A stretch of 18,888 bases of DNA, from IMG/VR virus record IMGVR_UViG_3300045988_111857. One strand, 5' to 3'. Below, in pieces: positions 4,458 through 14,054 of this stretch; within the stretch, counting starts at the first letter, position 1; every line of letters starts with the position of its first letter. The notes beneath the pieces are model-generated. The model saw only the letters and a list, made by a program, of their open reading frames with translations. It searched no databases and was not told the DNA's origin. The stretch is from a virus. A program made the position numbers and the translations under genes.

Positions 4458-6965
4458 GTGAGAAAGCGTAATGAGCATAAGTATTCAACTATCATATATT
4501 GCTATGATATTGAAACATCATCCTTAATGTATGGTGAGGATGAACTTCAAGAGCATCTGCAAAGCACTTATCTTCATGGCCTAGCTTCATTTGCTTATCG
4601 TCCCATACCTCATGCACCATTTAGTGACTTTGAGAATGAAATGAATTATAATTTCTTTAGAACTTATGATTCAATTTCTTCGGAATTTGAGAGAATCAAC
4701 GAGGATGCTAAGAATAATGATGTATATGTTAAAATCTTTGTACACAACTTAAGCTATGAATTTGAAGCAATGATGCGTAACATAAATTTCTGTATTAAGA
4801 ACTTTAATTCTAAACGTTTCATTGCAGTTGCTCCACACCAGCCATTAGTAGCAGCTTTTGACCATCTTGAATTTTATGATAGCTTCAAGATTCTTTCCTG
4901 TAAAAGTCTTGAGCTTATCGGTACAGAGCTTGGAGTTCCTAAACTTAAAGAAGTCAAAGGCGGTTACGACCAGAAATATTATTGGTGGTCAGATTTACCT
5001 GATTCTGAATACATTTACAATGAACGTGACTGTAAGCTAGTTTTGTATGCATTATGTAGATACATGGCTAACTTTACTAAAGTTGATAATGTATCAGATA
5101 TTGGAGTATCTAACACATCAATGATTAAGCGCGAAACAAGGCTTAACAGAAATATTGCTACCGATAAAGAAGTTCATACTGCACAATTTACAGCGGCAAT
5201 AGAACTCAAGAATAATGAACCATTTATGAAGTTCTTTCAGGACTGTCTTGCAGGCGGTTATACTCATGCTAATCCTTACGCGGTAGGTAAAATATTTAAG
5301 GATGTCTGGTGTTTTGATGCAAGTTCTATGCACCCATCAGCAATGTATGGTAGGCGATTTCCTTACAAATGGAGAAAAGAGGTTAATCCTAATGAATGTT
5401 ACCAAAATTTCCAGTCTGCAAACTATGAGTTCTTATCTGGCTGCGAAAGCGGCGCTAACTCAGGGTTCTTCGATTATCCCGACCAACGGATTAAGCTATA
5501 TGGATGTAAAGATGTTAAATTCTATTCAGTCCTCCAAGCAGCATACCGTGAATCAATCTTGTTTGAAAGACCAATAAAATATAACTTTATGGCTAATGTT
5601 ACCTTTTATAATATTAACGCTAAGGATTTTGGTAACTGCATTTACAGTTATATCAGTACGTCCAAATGCACAAATGTTAAAAATGGTAACTTCGACAATG
5701 GTAAAGTAGTCAAAGCAGATGAACTTACATTTCATGGTTGTGATATTGACTTTATGTTAATTCAAATGCTTTATGATTATAGTAGTTCAGAATGTGATGA
5801 ACTTTATTACGCAACAGCCCACAAGTTTATTAACAAGCCTTTACGCAATACAGTTAAATATTATGCACGCCAGAAAACAGGATTCAAAAAACTTGAGCAT
5901 AAAGTTGCTGACCATGTAGAAACGCTAAACGATTTTACATTTGAAGGATTGAAGCTTTATGACGATTCTGTGGCACAAGAGATTATGAATACCCATAACA
6001 AAGATTTAGTCCACTTCGCCTTAATGGCAAGCAAAGGTGGATTGAATGGTCAGTATGGATGTTCAGCAATGAAGCCATTACGGCAGGAAGTTGGCGTGCA
6101 GGGGGACGGTGATAAATTTGAATGGATTCCTACTGGGGTTAAGTTTCTTAAATCCAGAAATTCCCTAAACATTTTCACAGATGGTTTATACACAGTTGCT
6201 TACAGTAGACTGCACCTTATTTGCTTTATGCTCTATCTAGTATTAAGCCAAGGTATTGAACCTCTCTATCATGATACAGATAGTGGCTATTTTGTAGGTT
6301 ACAATGAGAATGTCCAAAAGGCCGTTGATAGATTCAATGAGAATATTCTCAACAACAGTGAGAATAAAGATTGTTACAATTTTGGCATTATGGACTTCGA
6401 TGGTCACTATGAGGATTTTGTAACATGGGGAAGTAAATGCTATTGTGCAACATACTTAGATGCAGATAAACACTTAAAAGTTAAGGCTACTGTAGCAGGT
6501 GCAAGCAAGAAGCAGCTTTCTGAATTGTTTACGCAAATAGTGAACGACGAAGATTTTGAGTACCTAGTTCAAGAATATTTTCGTCCAAATATCAGTTATG
6601 ATGAATCCATAAACAAGAAGCTTATTCGTAAAACTCCCGGAACACATATCATAGGAGATTTTACAGATGACAATGGAGAAACAGACCACTTAGACGAATA
6701 TTCTGTAACTGTGCTAGAACCTTGCGGCTATACATTACGCTCAACAAATAGTCCTGTTAATAGAATGTATTATTCATTCTGTTATTCATTGCGTGGAGAA
6801 TCTTATATAGATTATTTGCCCGAAGTTGTTAGCATAAACCATGATGAAAATGATAAAGAACTTTATGGGACTTATCATAAAGTACAATCCGACAAAGAAT
6901 ATGCTATGTTAATTGACGGCAATCCTGCAAGTATATTCCAGTGGGAATGGAGTGATAGGAGATGA
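4458..6965 (+). CDS. Protein-primed family B DNA polymerase (835 aa from GTG 4458; track ORF opens at 4446)
   Basis: Motifs found: Exo I YCYDIETS, Exo II HNLSYEF, Exo III YIYNERD, motif A FDASSMHPSAMY, motif B KGGLNGQYG (Kx3NSxYG type), motif C YHDTDSGYF (YxDTDS) and KxY GSKCYC. GTG 4458 lies 9 nt after GGGAGGTGG. Confidence 0.93.
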   Translation: MRKRNEHKYSTIIYCYDIETSSLMYGEDELQEHLQSTYLHGLASFAYRPIPHAPFSDFENEMNYNFFRTYDSISSEFERINEDAKNNDVYVKIFVHNLSYEFEAMMRNINFCIKNFNSKRFIAVAPHQPLVAAFDHLEFYDSFKILSCKSLELIGTELGVPKLKEVKGGYDQKYYWWSDLPDSEYIYNERDCKLVLYALCRYMANFTKVDNVSDIGVSNTSMIKRETRLNRNIATDKEVHTAQFTAAIELKNNEPFMKFFQDCLAGGYTHANPYAVGKIFKDVWCFDASSMHPSAMYGRRFPYKWRKEVNPNECYQNFQSANYEFLSGCESGANSGFFDYPDQRIKLYGCKDVKFYSVLQAAYRESILFERPIKYNFMANVTFYNINAKDFGNCIYSYISTSKCTNVKNGNFDNGKVVKADELTFHGCDIDFMLIQMLYDYSSSECDELYYATAHKFINKPLRNTVKYYARQKTGFKKLEHKVADHVETLNDFTFEGLKLYDDSVAQEIMNTHNKDLVHFALMASKGGLNGQYGCSAMKPLRQEVGVQGDGDKFEWIPTGVKFLKSRNSLNIFTDGLYTVAYSRLHLICFMLYLVLSQGIEPLYHDTDSGYFVGYNENVQKAVDRFNENILNNSENKDCYNFGIMDFDGHYEDFVTWGSKCYCATYLDADKHLKVKATVAGASKKQLSELFTQIVNDEDFEYLVQEYFRPNISYDESINKKLIRKTPGTHIIGDFTDDNGETDHLDEYSVTVLEPCGYTLRSTNSPVNRMYYSFCYSLRGESYIDYLPEVVSINHDENDKELYGTYHKVQSDKEYAMLIDGNPASIFQWEWSDRR

Positions 6966-6970
6966 TTTAA

Positions 6971-7171
6971 TTGAAAGAAAAAGATTCTTATAGAATCAGT
7001 AGAAGAGCTACATGTCCTTATTATATTTCTCATACCACAAATTACATTCGTTGTGAGGATATGAGAGTGTCACGCCAAGAATACAACCTTAAAACCGATT
7101 GTTGCGGCCAGTATAAAAACTGTCCTCAATATAAATTTCTTACTTACCATTATTTAACAAAGGAGAACTAA
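6971..7171 (+). CDS. Cys-rich hypothetical protein (66 aa)
   Basis: TTG 6971 lies 9 nt after AGGAG (6957-6961). The product has six Cys (CP..C..CC..CP). Confidence 0.55.
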   Translation: MKEKDSYRISRRATCPYYISHTTNYIRCEDMRVSRQEYNLKTDCCGQYKNCPQYKFLTYHYLTKEN

Positions 7172-7173
7172 CT

Positions 7174-7524
7174 ATGTACACTAACAAGAAAGCATCCGCT
7201 AAGGCCACCAATTCTGCTAAGTCCGCTTCTTCCATCATCACCGATATCCGTATCTTCCCTATCAATAACAAGAAGTCTAATTGTTGTGCTATGGTTTCCA
7301 TTACACTTGCAAATGTGTTCTGCATTACTGGTATTAAGATTATGGATGGAAGCAAAGGGCTGTTTGTTGCAATGCCCAGTGCAAAGAATAAGAAAGATGA
7401 ATGGCATGATATTTGCTATCCTATTACCAAGGAATTTCGTAAAGTTATGAGCGATTCTATTCTTAATGCTTTTGATGCTTTGCAGGAAGATGAAGATGAC
7501 GATGATGAAAGTGAGGATGACTGA
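7174..7524 (+). CDS. spoVG: SpoVG-family protein with Ser/Ala/Lys-rich N-terminal extension and acidic C-terminal tail (116 aa)
   Basis: ITDIRIFPIN..AMVSITL..GIKIMDGSKGLFVAMPS..WHDICYPIT aligns by eye with Bacillus SpoVG (VTDVRLRRVN..AIASITL..DIRVIDGNNGLFVAMPS..FRDI.HPIN). The tail is QEDEDDDDESEDD. Confidence 0.85.
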   Translation: MYTNKKASAKATNSAKSASSIITDIRIFPINNKKSNCCAMVSITLANVFCITGIKIMDGSKGLFVAMPSAKNKKDEWHDICYPITKEFRKVMSDSILNAFDALQEDEDDDDESEDD

Positions 7525-7576
7525 CAAGCTCCCCAATGAATTACCACCATATATAGACGATGATTTGCCATTCTAA

Positions 7577-7618
7577 ATAAAAAGCACCCCTAAGTGGATA
7601 ACCACCTAGGGGTGTTTT
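7577..7618. terminator. Bidirectional intrinsic terminator between the convergent early (+) and late (-) gene blocks
   Basis: The stem is cacccctaagtgg (7585-7597) / ccacctaggggtg (7602-7614) with one mismatch and loop ataa. An A-run lies upstream and TTTT downstream, so it can function on both strands. Confidence 0.85.
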
Positions 7619-7623
7619 ATTAG

Positions 7624-10158
7624 TTAAGTAATATTAGGACGAAGAACCTTAATAGCAGTCATACCATTGTTGTTATCCCAGCGAGGATAATCCATAGGAG
7701 TGCCATCTTCATTTCTAATACGGTCAAGAATAACAGGGGAGTTACCATCCATAAATCCAGAAACCTGAACCGTGACGGCATAAGATGCAGGACGTTTGAA
7801 GTAAAGGATGATAGCATTACCATCATTGGTATAATAAAGTCTATTCAAGTCATCAACTACATCCCAAGTAACAGTCTTGCCTACACCAGCGGGCGCTCCA
7901 TAAATGGCCTTATTAAGCTGACGATTATCAACAGCACTAATTGCAAACAACCCGTAAGATTCAGGGTTATTGCTAAGATAAACAGTAAAATCAATGTCAT
8001 TTCTATCCATCACACGGATAGAACCCTGTGAAGTAGAACCACCAGAAGGAACTGGAATAAATGCAAATGCCTTGTACAGTTCAGGGTCACCAGTTACGGA
8101 TTGCCCAGCAACCGTATACTGCGTCTGGTTAGTAATAGCCAAGTCAATGCAACGATGTTCACCAGCTGCACAGATATACTGCCCACGCTTTACAGCGTCA
8201 GTACCAAAGACATATTCACGCTTTGTATAAATGTAAACATCGTTAAGCTTACATACAGCATTAGTAACAGGATAAGTACCAATTGACTGAACAGTAGTGC
8301 TAACCTTAGCAGAACGATTGATAACGCCGCCATTAACAATGAACTGCGGATTAGGACTGGTACCAATCAGAGCGATAGCTGCATAACCAGTAGCAGTAGT
8401 AGCAGTTCCATCATTACATGCATAAATCAGATTATTGATGTAAGCTGCTGCTTTTCCCGGCCCATCGAATACAAAAGCATACTTGCAGGTATCTGCATAG
8501 AAGTTAGTAACATGAATATCATTGTTAGTAACCTTGCAAGCGATTGAGTTATCCCACCAAGTATTAGCGTCAGTACCACCAGTACCGCCAGAGGGAATAC
8601 CAGTATAGCTAGTCCAGTTGCAACCGTATACATTAGTACGGCAGTCAAAACCAACCTGACATACCATATTAACAAGGTTATTACATTCACAATCGGGAGC
8701 TTTATTGCCCCAGAAAAATGCAACAGAATCAGTCCAGCGTTCTACAGGAGTATTATCGCTAAATCCCCATACCATTACATTATTCATGTAGCAGTAACGG
8801 TTCAAAGTGCTGTTAGCAGGCTGCAAATAAACACCATAGGACTTAACCTTATTGATGCTTACATTGTAAATACTGTTATCGGTATATTTATTGGTAGTGA
8901 ATACAATGCCACCAATCATACCACTACAAGTAATGTCCAAATTAGCAATAACAATGTTACCAGTTACGTCATCACCTGATACGGTAATAACACCCTGACT
9001 GCCAAACGCAGTCGGACTAGCAGTATACTGTAAAATAGTATCACTTGTGCCACGCGCAGGGTCACGAGAAGAACCAGCACCATACAAGCTATGCTTAAGC
9101 TGCAAAGGACCACTTACCTTATAAGTACCAGCAGGAATAAACAGAGGTTCGTTCTTAGTGTGAGTGTTAATGGTGGCAGTAATATCATCCGTACCATCCA
9201 TTTTAAGGTCTTGATATGCACGAATATCAACGGGAGAGCTAGGGATAGTACTAAAGTCAGCAGTGTCACGAATAAGCGCAACTTTGTGTTGTTTTCCATT
9301 ATAATCCCTAAGCGCCCACCAGTCAAAATTATCGTTGTAATGCTGTATAATCAGGTTAGTTTTAACAGGGCCATCTAAAAACGTTCCACCCTGACTGCCA
9401 ATAGTAACGGGGGTGTTAGGGTCGTTAGGCACCACTAGCGCATTATAATGACCCTTGGTAGACTTTACAGCAAAATTATTTGCCTTGATAGTATAATCTC
9501 CGCTGACCGTCTGATTCATGTTACCGCCGACAGTCTGGTCAAGATTTCCAACAGTGTCTTTGTCAATCTTCTTATTAAGATTAGTGTTAATGTTTTCAAT
9601 ATTGGTATTGATTTTCTTAATAGAATCATCAACACTAGACTTATTACTCTCAACCTTAGTATTAAGGTCATTCAGCTGTTCACCGATGTTGGTTTTCTTA
9701 CAGTTAGTACCCTCAATATAGCGTGTACCAGCATCCATGGCTTTTGTAATAACATACAAATCATTATTAAGCCAAACAAGGTCGTTAATATTACGATTAG
9801 CACTTGCAGTAGTTTTCAGCTTTTCATCAACAGGAGTGATGGCAAGCTTAACACTTCCCCAGAGTTCAGAGAAGTTGCCAATCTTAGTCCAGTAATCTTC
9901 ATTATCAATATCAATGCCAATAGGTACAGGCTGTGTGCTCAAATATCCATCACCATTGACAGTGACAACAACTGTATTACGAGGATACTGTTTAGTAATA
10001 TCCCATTGAATGGGGTCTGCATAACTAATGGAACTGGTTTCAATGTACTGCTGCATTACCTCAATAACCTTAGATACCATTTCATAGTAACTAATGCTAT
10101 CATCATAGGCAACAGGAATTACAGAACGGAAAAGTTTGTCCAAAGGATTGTACTTCAA
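7624..10158 (-). CDS. Tailspike / pre-neck appendage-like protein with right-handed beta-helix (pectate-lyase-type) domain (844 aa)
   Basis: TTG 10158 lies 6 nt after AGAGGTGA. The size is close to phi29 gp12 (854 aa). An Asn-rich coiled-coil segment is present. A beta-helix cap-like motif reads MDGTDDITATINTHTKNEPLFIPAGTYKV, followed by a Gly/Asn/Thr-rich repetitive beta region. It is the last gene of the late block. Confidence 0.75.
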   Translation of the reverse strand: MKYNPLDKLFRSVIPVAYDDSISYYEMVSKVIEVMQQYIETSSISYADPIQWDITKQYPRNTVVVTVNGDGYLSTQPVPIGIDIDNEDYWTKIGNFSELWGSVKLAITPVDEKLKTTASANRNINDLVWLNNDLYVITKAMDAGTRYIEGTNCKKTNIGEQLNDLNTKVESNKSSVDDSIKKINTNIENINTNLNKKIDKDTVGNLDQTVGGNMNQTVSGDYTIKANNFAVKSTKGHYNALVVPNDPNTPVTIGSQGGTFLDGPVKTNLIIQHYNDNFDWWALRDYNGKQHKVALIRDTADFSTIPSSPVDIRAYQDLKMDGTDDITATINTHTKNEPLFIPAGTYKVSGPLQLKHSLYGAGSSRDPARGTSDTILQYTASPTAFGSQGVITVSGDDVTGNIVIANLDITCSGMIGGIVFTTNKYTDNSIYNVSINKVKSYGVYLQPANSTLNRYCYMNNVMVWGFSDNTPVERWTDSVAFFWGNKAPDCECNNLVNMVCQVGFDCRTNVYGCNWTSYTGIPSGGTGGTDANTWWDNSIACKVTNNDIHVTNFYADTCKYAFVFDGPGKAAAYINNLIYACNDGTATTATGYAAIALIGTSPNPQFIVNGGVINRSAKVSTTVQSIGTYPVTNAVCKLNDVYIYTKREYVFGTDAVKRGQYICAAGEHRCIDLAITNQTQYTVAGQSVTGDPELYKAFAFIPVPSGGSTSQGSIRVMDRNDIDFTVYLSNNPESYGLFAISAVDNRQLNKAIYGAPAGVGKTVTWDVVDDLNRLYYTNDGNAIILYFKRPASYAVTVQVSGFMDGNSPVILDRIRNEDGTPMDYPRWDNNNGMTAIKVLRPNIT

Positions 10159-10172
10159 ACCTAATCACCTCT

Positions 10173-10961
10173 TTACCATAAACGCATAAACAGAACTTCC
10201 ATATCTCTATACAAACAATTATAGATGTTCGTGTTTTCCTTCATATAATCGTTCATAATAGATACCAGAGAGCGACCGCGATAACCTTTTTCTACATGGT
10301 CAAGAACACGATGTTCATTACCATCACGATTTTCTTTTGTATTGTTTTTATCATCTTGAGTGGTATTGCTGTTACTGTTAGAATTGGCATTAGAGCTAAA
10401 ATCATTGGCGGAACTTGCCTTACTATGGTCAGCATCCGACATATACTTACCAGCAAGAAAATTATCAAGACTACCCTGCGGAGTATCAGTATGAGTATTG
10501 GTATTCTCTCCATTGCTGTTAGAATTGGAAGTATAATTGGAATTATTGGTACCGTCAATATTGACCTTACTATTCTTGGTTCTATCCTCAGTATTCACAT
10601 CATGATGTTCAGTATTTTCATCACTGGTAATGGAGAAATCATCAGTTAAGAACATTTCATACTGTTTATCAAGTGCTTCAAAGAGGGGATTGTAATAAGG
10701 CATATGGCTGTTCATCCAGTCATCCAGACGCAGCTGCCAAAGGCCAAAGGTTTCAGAACCAATTTCATTTGTATAGAAATGTTTAAGAATATTGGTTTCA
10801 AGCTCTTTTCGCTTATTCTCATTCCAGATAGGATAACTAAAATTGAAGATTTTAGGACGCGCACGCTCAATAATTTCTGAATAAGAAACATTGGTGTAAG
10901 GTTCAACAATACCTGCTTTTGATTCACAGATAAAGCGCACTTGAGTTGTGTACTTACTCAT
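10173..10961 (-). CDS. Lower collar protein (gp11-like by position; 262 aa from ATG 10961; track ORF opens at 10979)
   Basis: ATG 10961 overlaps the connector stop (aATGAGTAA). The gene sits between the connector and tailspike genes, as in phi29. It contains an Asn/Ser/Thr-rich low-complexity segment. Confidence 0.6.
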   Translation of the reverse strand: MSKYTTQVRFICESKAGIVEPYTNVSYSEIIERARPKIFNFSYPIWNENKRKELETNILKHFYTNEIGSETFGLWQLRLDDWMNSHMPYYNPLFEALDKQYEMFLTDDFSITSDENTEHHDVNTEDRTKNSKVNIDGTNNSNYTSNSNSNGENTNTHTDTPQGSLDNFLAGKYMSDADHSKASSANDFSSNANSNSNSNTTQDDKNNTKENRDGNEHRVLDHVEKGYRGRSLVSIMNDYMKENTNIYNCLYRDMEVLFMRLW

Positions 10962-11886
10962 TATCCCCACCATCCTCAATATTGGTATCGCTTAAATTCT
11001 CTTCATCTTCGCGCCCTTCCATAATCTTAGTTAATTCAAGCTGGGAACGCATAGATACGGAGATATTAGTGCCAAAGAGCCTGTTATAATCCTTACAGAA
11101 TTTTTGACGAGAGTACAATGGAGAAAGACGGTCTGCTTCTACCTGACCTAAGGTCATCTGAACTTCAGTAGTAAACTGCCGCTCTGCTTTCATATTGTAG
11201 TTGCTTTCAATACCTAAATAGGTAAGAGCTTCCGCAAGGGTTTCTTTTTTCTGCTGCTCTAACTGTAAGCCAATATACTGAACGCCTAAATCAAGAACGC
11301 CCATCATGTTCTTAATATCATCAGTAGAGGGATTGCCTTTAACGTACAGCCAAGGGTCATACTTATCTTGCTGATACACCATATTCTGTACAGAAAGTTT
11401 CGTATTCTCATTTGCATAAGCAATTCGTGGAGTTTTCTGTGCAGCAAGGTTTAAGTCAATCGTTCTGTCTATATTGGTAAGACGTTGTGCAAACTGTTTA
11501 ATGACAATAGTGTCAGGGGAGCGGCGCATATTACACCAAAGATAGGCACAGTTTTGTTTATTAAGGCCAGTTTTCTGGTAATTAGAATTATAGCCATAGG
11601 CACGCACATATTTAGGGTCTCCAATAATGTCAAAGTTATCACTGGGCATAGCAGGAAGAATCAAGTTGCCCATAACAGGGTCATGATAGCCAGCCATTAA
11701 AGGTTGCCAGAACAAGAACTGTTCAATGAATCGTTCATCCAAAAAAGGAGAATCTTCAAGTCCTTCCCATTTGAATCTTGCAAGTGCTACATCATACAGA
11801 CGATTAAACCAGTTAGCATAAGTTGCCATAGTTAAGTCGTAGGAATCAATCCAAGGTGGCTGTGGTTTTTGTGAACGTTTACTCAT
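10954..11886 (-). CDS. Head-tail connector / portal (upper collar, phi29 gp10-like; 310 aa)
   Basis: The length is 310 aa, against 309 aa for gp10. Recalled shared motifs are FKWEGLE vs FEWENLP, NLAAQKTPRIAYANENT vs NQNAQKTPVLIRANDNN, and KAERQFTTEV vs KKERMVTDEV. The C-terminus is acidic. The ATG immediately follows the upstream stop. Confidence 0.85.
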   Translation of the reverse strand: MSKRSQKPQPPWIDSYDLTMATYANWFNRLYDVALARFKWEGLEDSPFLDERFIEQFLFWQPLMAGYHDPVMGNLILPAMPSDNFDIIGDPKYVRAYGYNSNYQKTGLNKQNCAYLWCNMRRSPDTIVIKQFAQRLTNIDRTIDLNLAAQKTPRIAYANENTKLSVQNMVYQQDKYDPWLYVKGNPSTDDIKNMMGVLDLGVQYIGLQLEQQKKETLAEALTYLGIESNYNMKAERQFTTEVQMTLGQVEADRLSPLYSRQKFCKDYNRLFGTNISVSMRSQLELTKIMEGREDEENLSDTNIEDGGDNE

Positions 11887-13491
11887 TTACTCACCTACTT
11901 CTGGAATACGTTTATAGATAGAATTGTCTGCTTCATAATTTCCAACAAGTCCGGGATTATGCCAGAATGTAACACCACGATTAAAGATGTCGTTAATCAT
12001 TGTAGAAACATCCGCAGGAACATCACCTAAGCAGCAACAGTTTTGTGTTTTAACATAATTCCAGTTTCTTCGAGAATCAATGTTTGGAACCTGAACTTGA
12101 TGAATGGGATAACCAAACATAGTCCAGTAATCATCAATAACTTTTGCAAATTCTTTAGTAACATGATGATAGCTAGCCATAGCATACGGAGCACTTGCAT
12201 CCCTTGTCGGTAAAATACCAGAATCAGTAAAACGGAAATAAGGACTTACAGAACCGTGGCTCTGTGGTGGTAATCTGTCCATATCATCACGTTTTGCAAG
12301 CGTGCCAGCAATGTTAAGCATTTGATTGGCTAAGCCCTCAATAGCTCCATAAGTATTCTCAGGGAAAAGAGCAGGATGTTTACCAGTCATGGCCTGAACA
12401 TCTTTTGCTGGAGCGGTCAGCAGGTTAATGCCAGCAAACATTGTACCAGCTACCAAACCTGCATTTTCTACTGCCATAGAACTAGAGTTCTGTGCTACAT
12501 AAACTTTATAAATGTCGGTATTATAAGCACAAGTAGGCCAGTTGCTAATTGCAAATACATCTTCCTGATTATAACCAGTAGAGCCTTTATAATCCTCTGC
12601 CGCAAACATTGCTGTAGTCTGTCCAGCATTTGACATTATATTGTATCCGATATGCAGACTTTTCTTTCTATCTCCAAGTTCAAAACGAAAAACGTGATTA
12701 TCGCCTTGTGTGGAATAATAGCGGAGATAAAAATAAGGATATGTGAAAAGTTTATTATTCTTAGGGACATAACCGGCTACATTATTAGGAACCACAAAAG
12801 TCTTATCGTACTTACCACTATCAAAGGCAAGGGGAACCATATAAATTCCCAAAATGCCATCAGGTGCTTGCCCTGCTTCTACAGCCTTAGCAATAAAAGC
12901 GTTAGCGGATTCTGCTGTAGTAAAAAAGTTTTCTTTACAGCCTGAATAGATACCAAATCGTAAAGAGCCAGATGCAGGAGCGGAATCTTTTTCAGGCTTA
13001 TCGAATGTGGTAACAATACAGATACGCTTATCAAAGTCAATGTACTGCTGAATATCGTCAATATATGGGCCTGTATCCAGTTCATCATTGATGATATTAT
13101 CACCAATTTCATCAGTATTTGTATGAGAACGTTCAATAAAGCAAGGCTGTAACGTTACCTGATTAAACCAAGTTTGCATAACGTCAATAGTAAAATAAAT
13201 TCTACTGGTTTCGTTTGCAACGTATTCTACCCTGTCAATAAAGGCATAATACCATTTATTAGAAAAGTCAGCGTTCTGAAATACAATATAATTACACGGT
13301 TCAATCGTTTCAGCATTAACACCAACAGACAGATAACGGTCTAAACGCTGATAGGTGTAATTAGTAAGATGAAGAACGGATTTAGAAGTGAAATAAGCAA
13401 AACGAGAAGAATCAGACTGAAACCTAAGCACATGATTATAGGTTTTATCTGTAGGGATACCCTTACAGATATAAAGTTGCATATTTGACAA
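11887..13491 (-). CDS. Tail knob / distal tube protein (phi29 gp9-like; about 534 aa)
   Basis: NYIVFQNADFSNKWYYAFI...FTIDVMQTWF matches recalled gp9 SYIMFQNADYGNKWFYAFV...EIDVLQTWMF. The start is ambiguous: TTG 13491 lies 8 nt after AGGAG, ATG is at 13482, and the track ORF opens at 13509. Confidence 0.85.
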   Translation of the reverse strand: MSNMQLYICKGIPTDKTYNHVLRFQSDSSRFAYFTSKSVLHLTNYTYQRLDRYLSVGVNAETIEPCNYIVFQNADFSNKWYYAFIDRVEYVANETSRIYFTIDVMQTWFNQVTLQPCFIERSHTNTDEIGDNIINDELDTGPYIDDIQQYIDFDKRICIVTTFDKPEKDSAPASGSLRFGIYSGCKENFFTTAESANAFIAKAVEAGQAPDGILGIYMVPLAFDSGKYDKTFVVPNNVAGYVPKNNKLFTYPYFYLRYYSTQGDNHVFRFELGDRKKSLHIGYNIMSNAGQTTAMFAAEDYKGSTGYNQEDVFAISNWPTCAYNTDIYKVYVAQNSSSMAVENAGLVAGTMFAGINLLTAPAKDVQAMTGKHPALFPENTYGAIEGLANQMLNIAGTLAKRDDMDRLPPQSHGSVSPYFRFTDSGILPTRDASAPYAMASYHHVTKEFAKVIDDYWTMFGYPIHQVQVPNIDSRRNWNYVKTQNCCCLGDVPADVSTMINDIFNRGVTFWHNPGLVGNYEADNSIYKRIPEVGE

Positions 13492-13505
13492 TGTTCTTGC
13501 TCCTT

Positions 13506-14054
13506 TCAAAATCTGTAGGGTGGTTTACACATCATCCAAATGGGAAGTTTGCGTTTAACTGTAGGAGTAGGACTGGGGGCAGGTGGTGTTGGTGGATTTG
13601 TAGCATCCCATTCAACATCCCATGTACCTACTTCATTAGGAATGCCAAGAATAGCAGAGGGATCAGTTCTATATGCTGTACCATAACCACCTATCCAGTA
13701 TTCCCAGTGCGTATGAATACCACTAGCATTACCTGTTTGTCCTTGCTCTCCAATATATTGACCACGAGTAATTGTTTCACCAACACTATGAATCTGACTA
13801 ACAAAATGAGCTGCAAGCCAATAGCTATTATCACTCATTTTAACTACAATGTAGTTGCCCCAAGAATCATTACCAGTCGTGCCACCTTGCCAAGTATGGG
13901 CTGTTTCAACCGTACCTGCCATTGGTGCATAAGATTGATGATTTGTGTGTACCGTGTCAATACCACCATGAACTGAACCGTCAGGATAATGTGGATAACC
14001 TGCTGAAACTCTGATTGTGCTTTGGTCAGTGATACATTGTTTGTAAACTGCCAT
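13506..14054 (-). CDS. M23 (LytM-type) metallopeptidase, probable virion-associated peptidoglycan hydrolase (182 aa)
   Basis: It has an HxxxD motif (HGGIDT) and an HxH motif (GIHTHWE). A Pro/Thr-rich linker NPPTPPAPSPTPT lies near the C-terminus. The gene is embedded between the capsid and tail knob genes. Confidence 0.8.
   Translation of the reverse strand: MAVYKQCITDQSTIRVSAGYPHYPDGSVHGGIDTVHTNHQSYAPMAGTVETAHTWQGGTTGNDSWGNYIVVKMSDNSYWLAAHFVSQIHSVGETITRGQYIGEQGQTGNASGIHTHWEYWIGGYGTAYRTDPSAILGIPNEVGTWDVEWDATNPPTPPAPSPTPTVKRKLPIWMMCKPPYRF

Noticed and set aside
9448-10164. A 238-aa + strand ORF antisense to the tailspike gene, with smaller ones at 7994-8286 and 9091-9378
   Set aside because: The reasoning is the same as for the capsid antisense ORF. 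The translation is Ile/Asn/Leu-rich and shows no motif, and the sense-strand gene is well supported.
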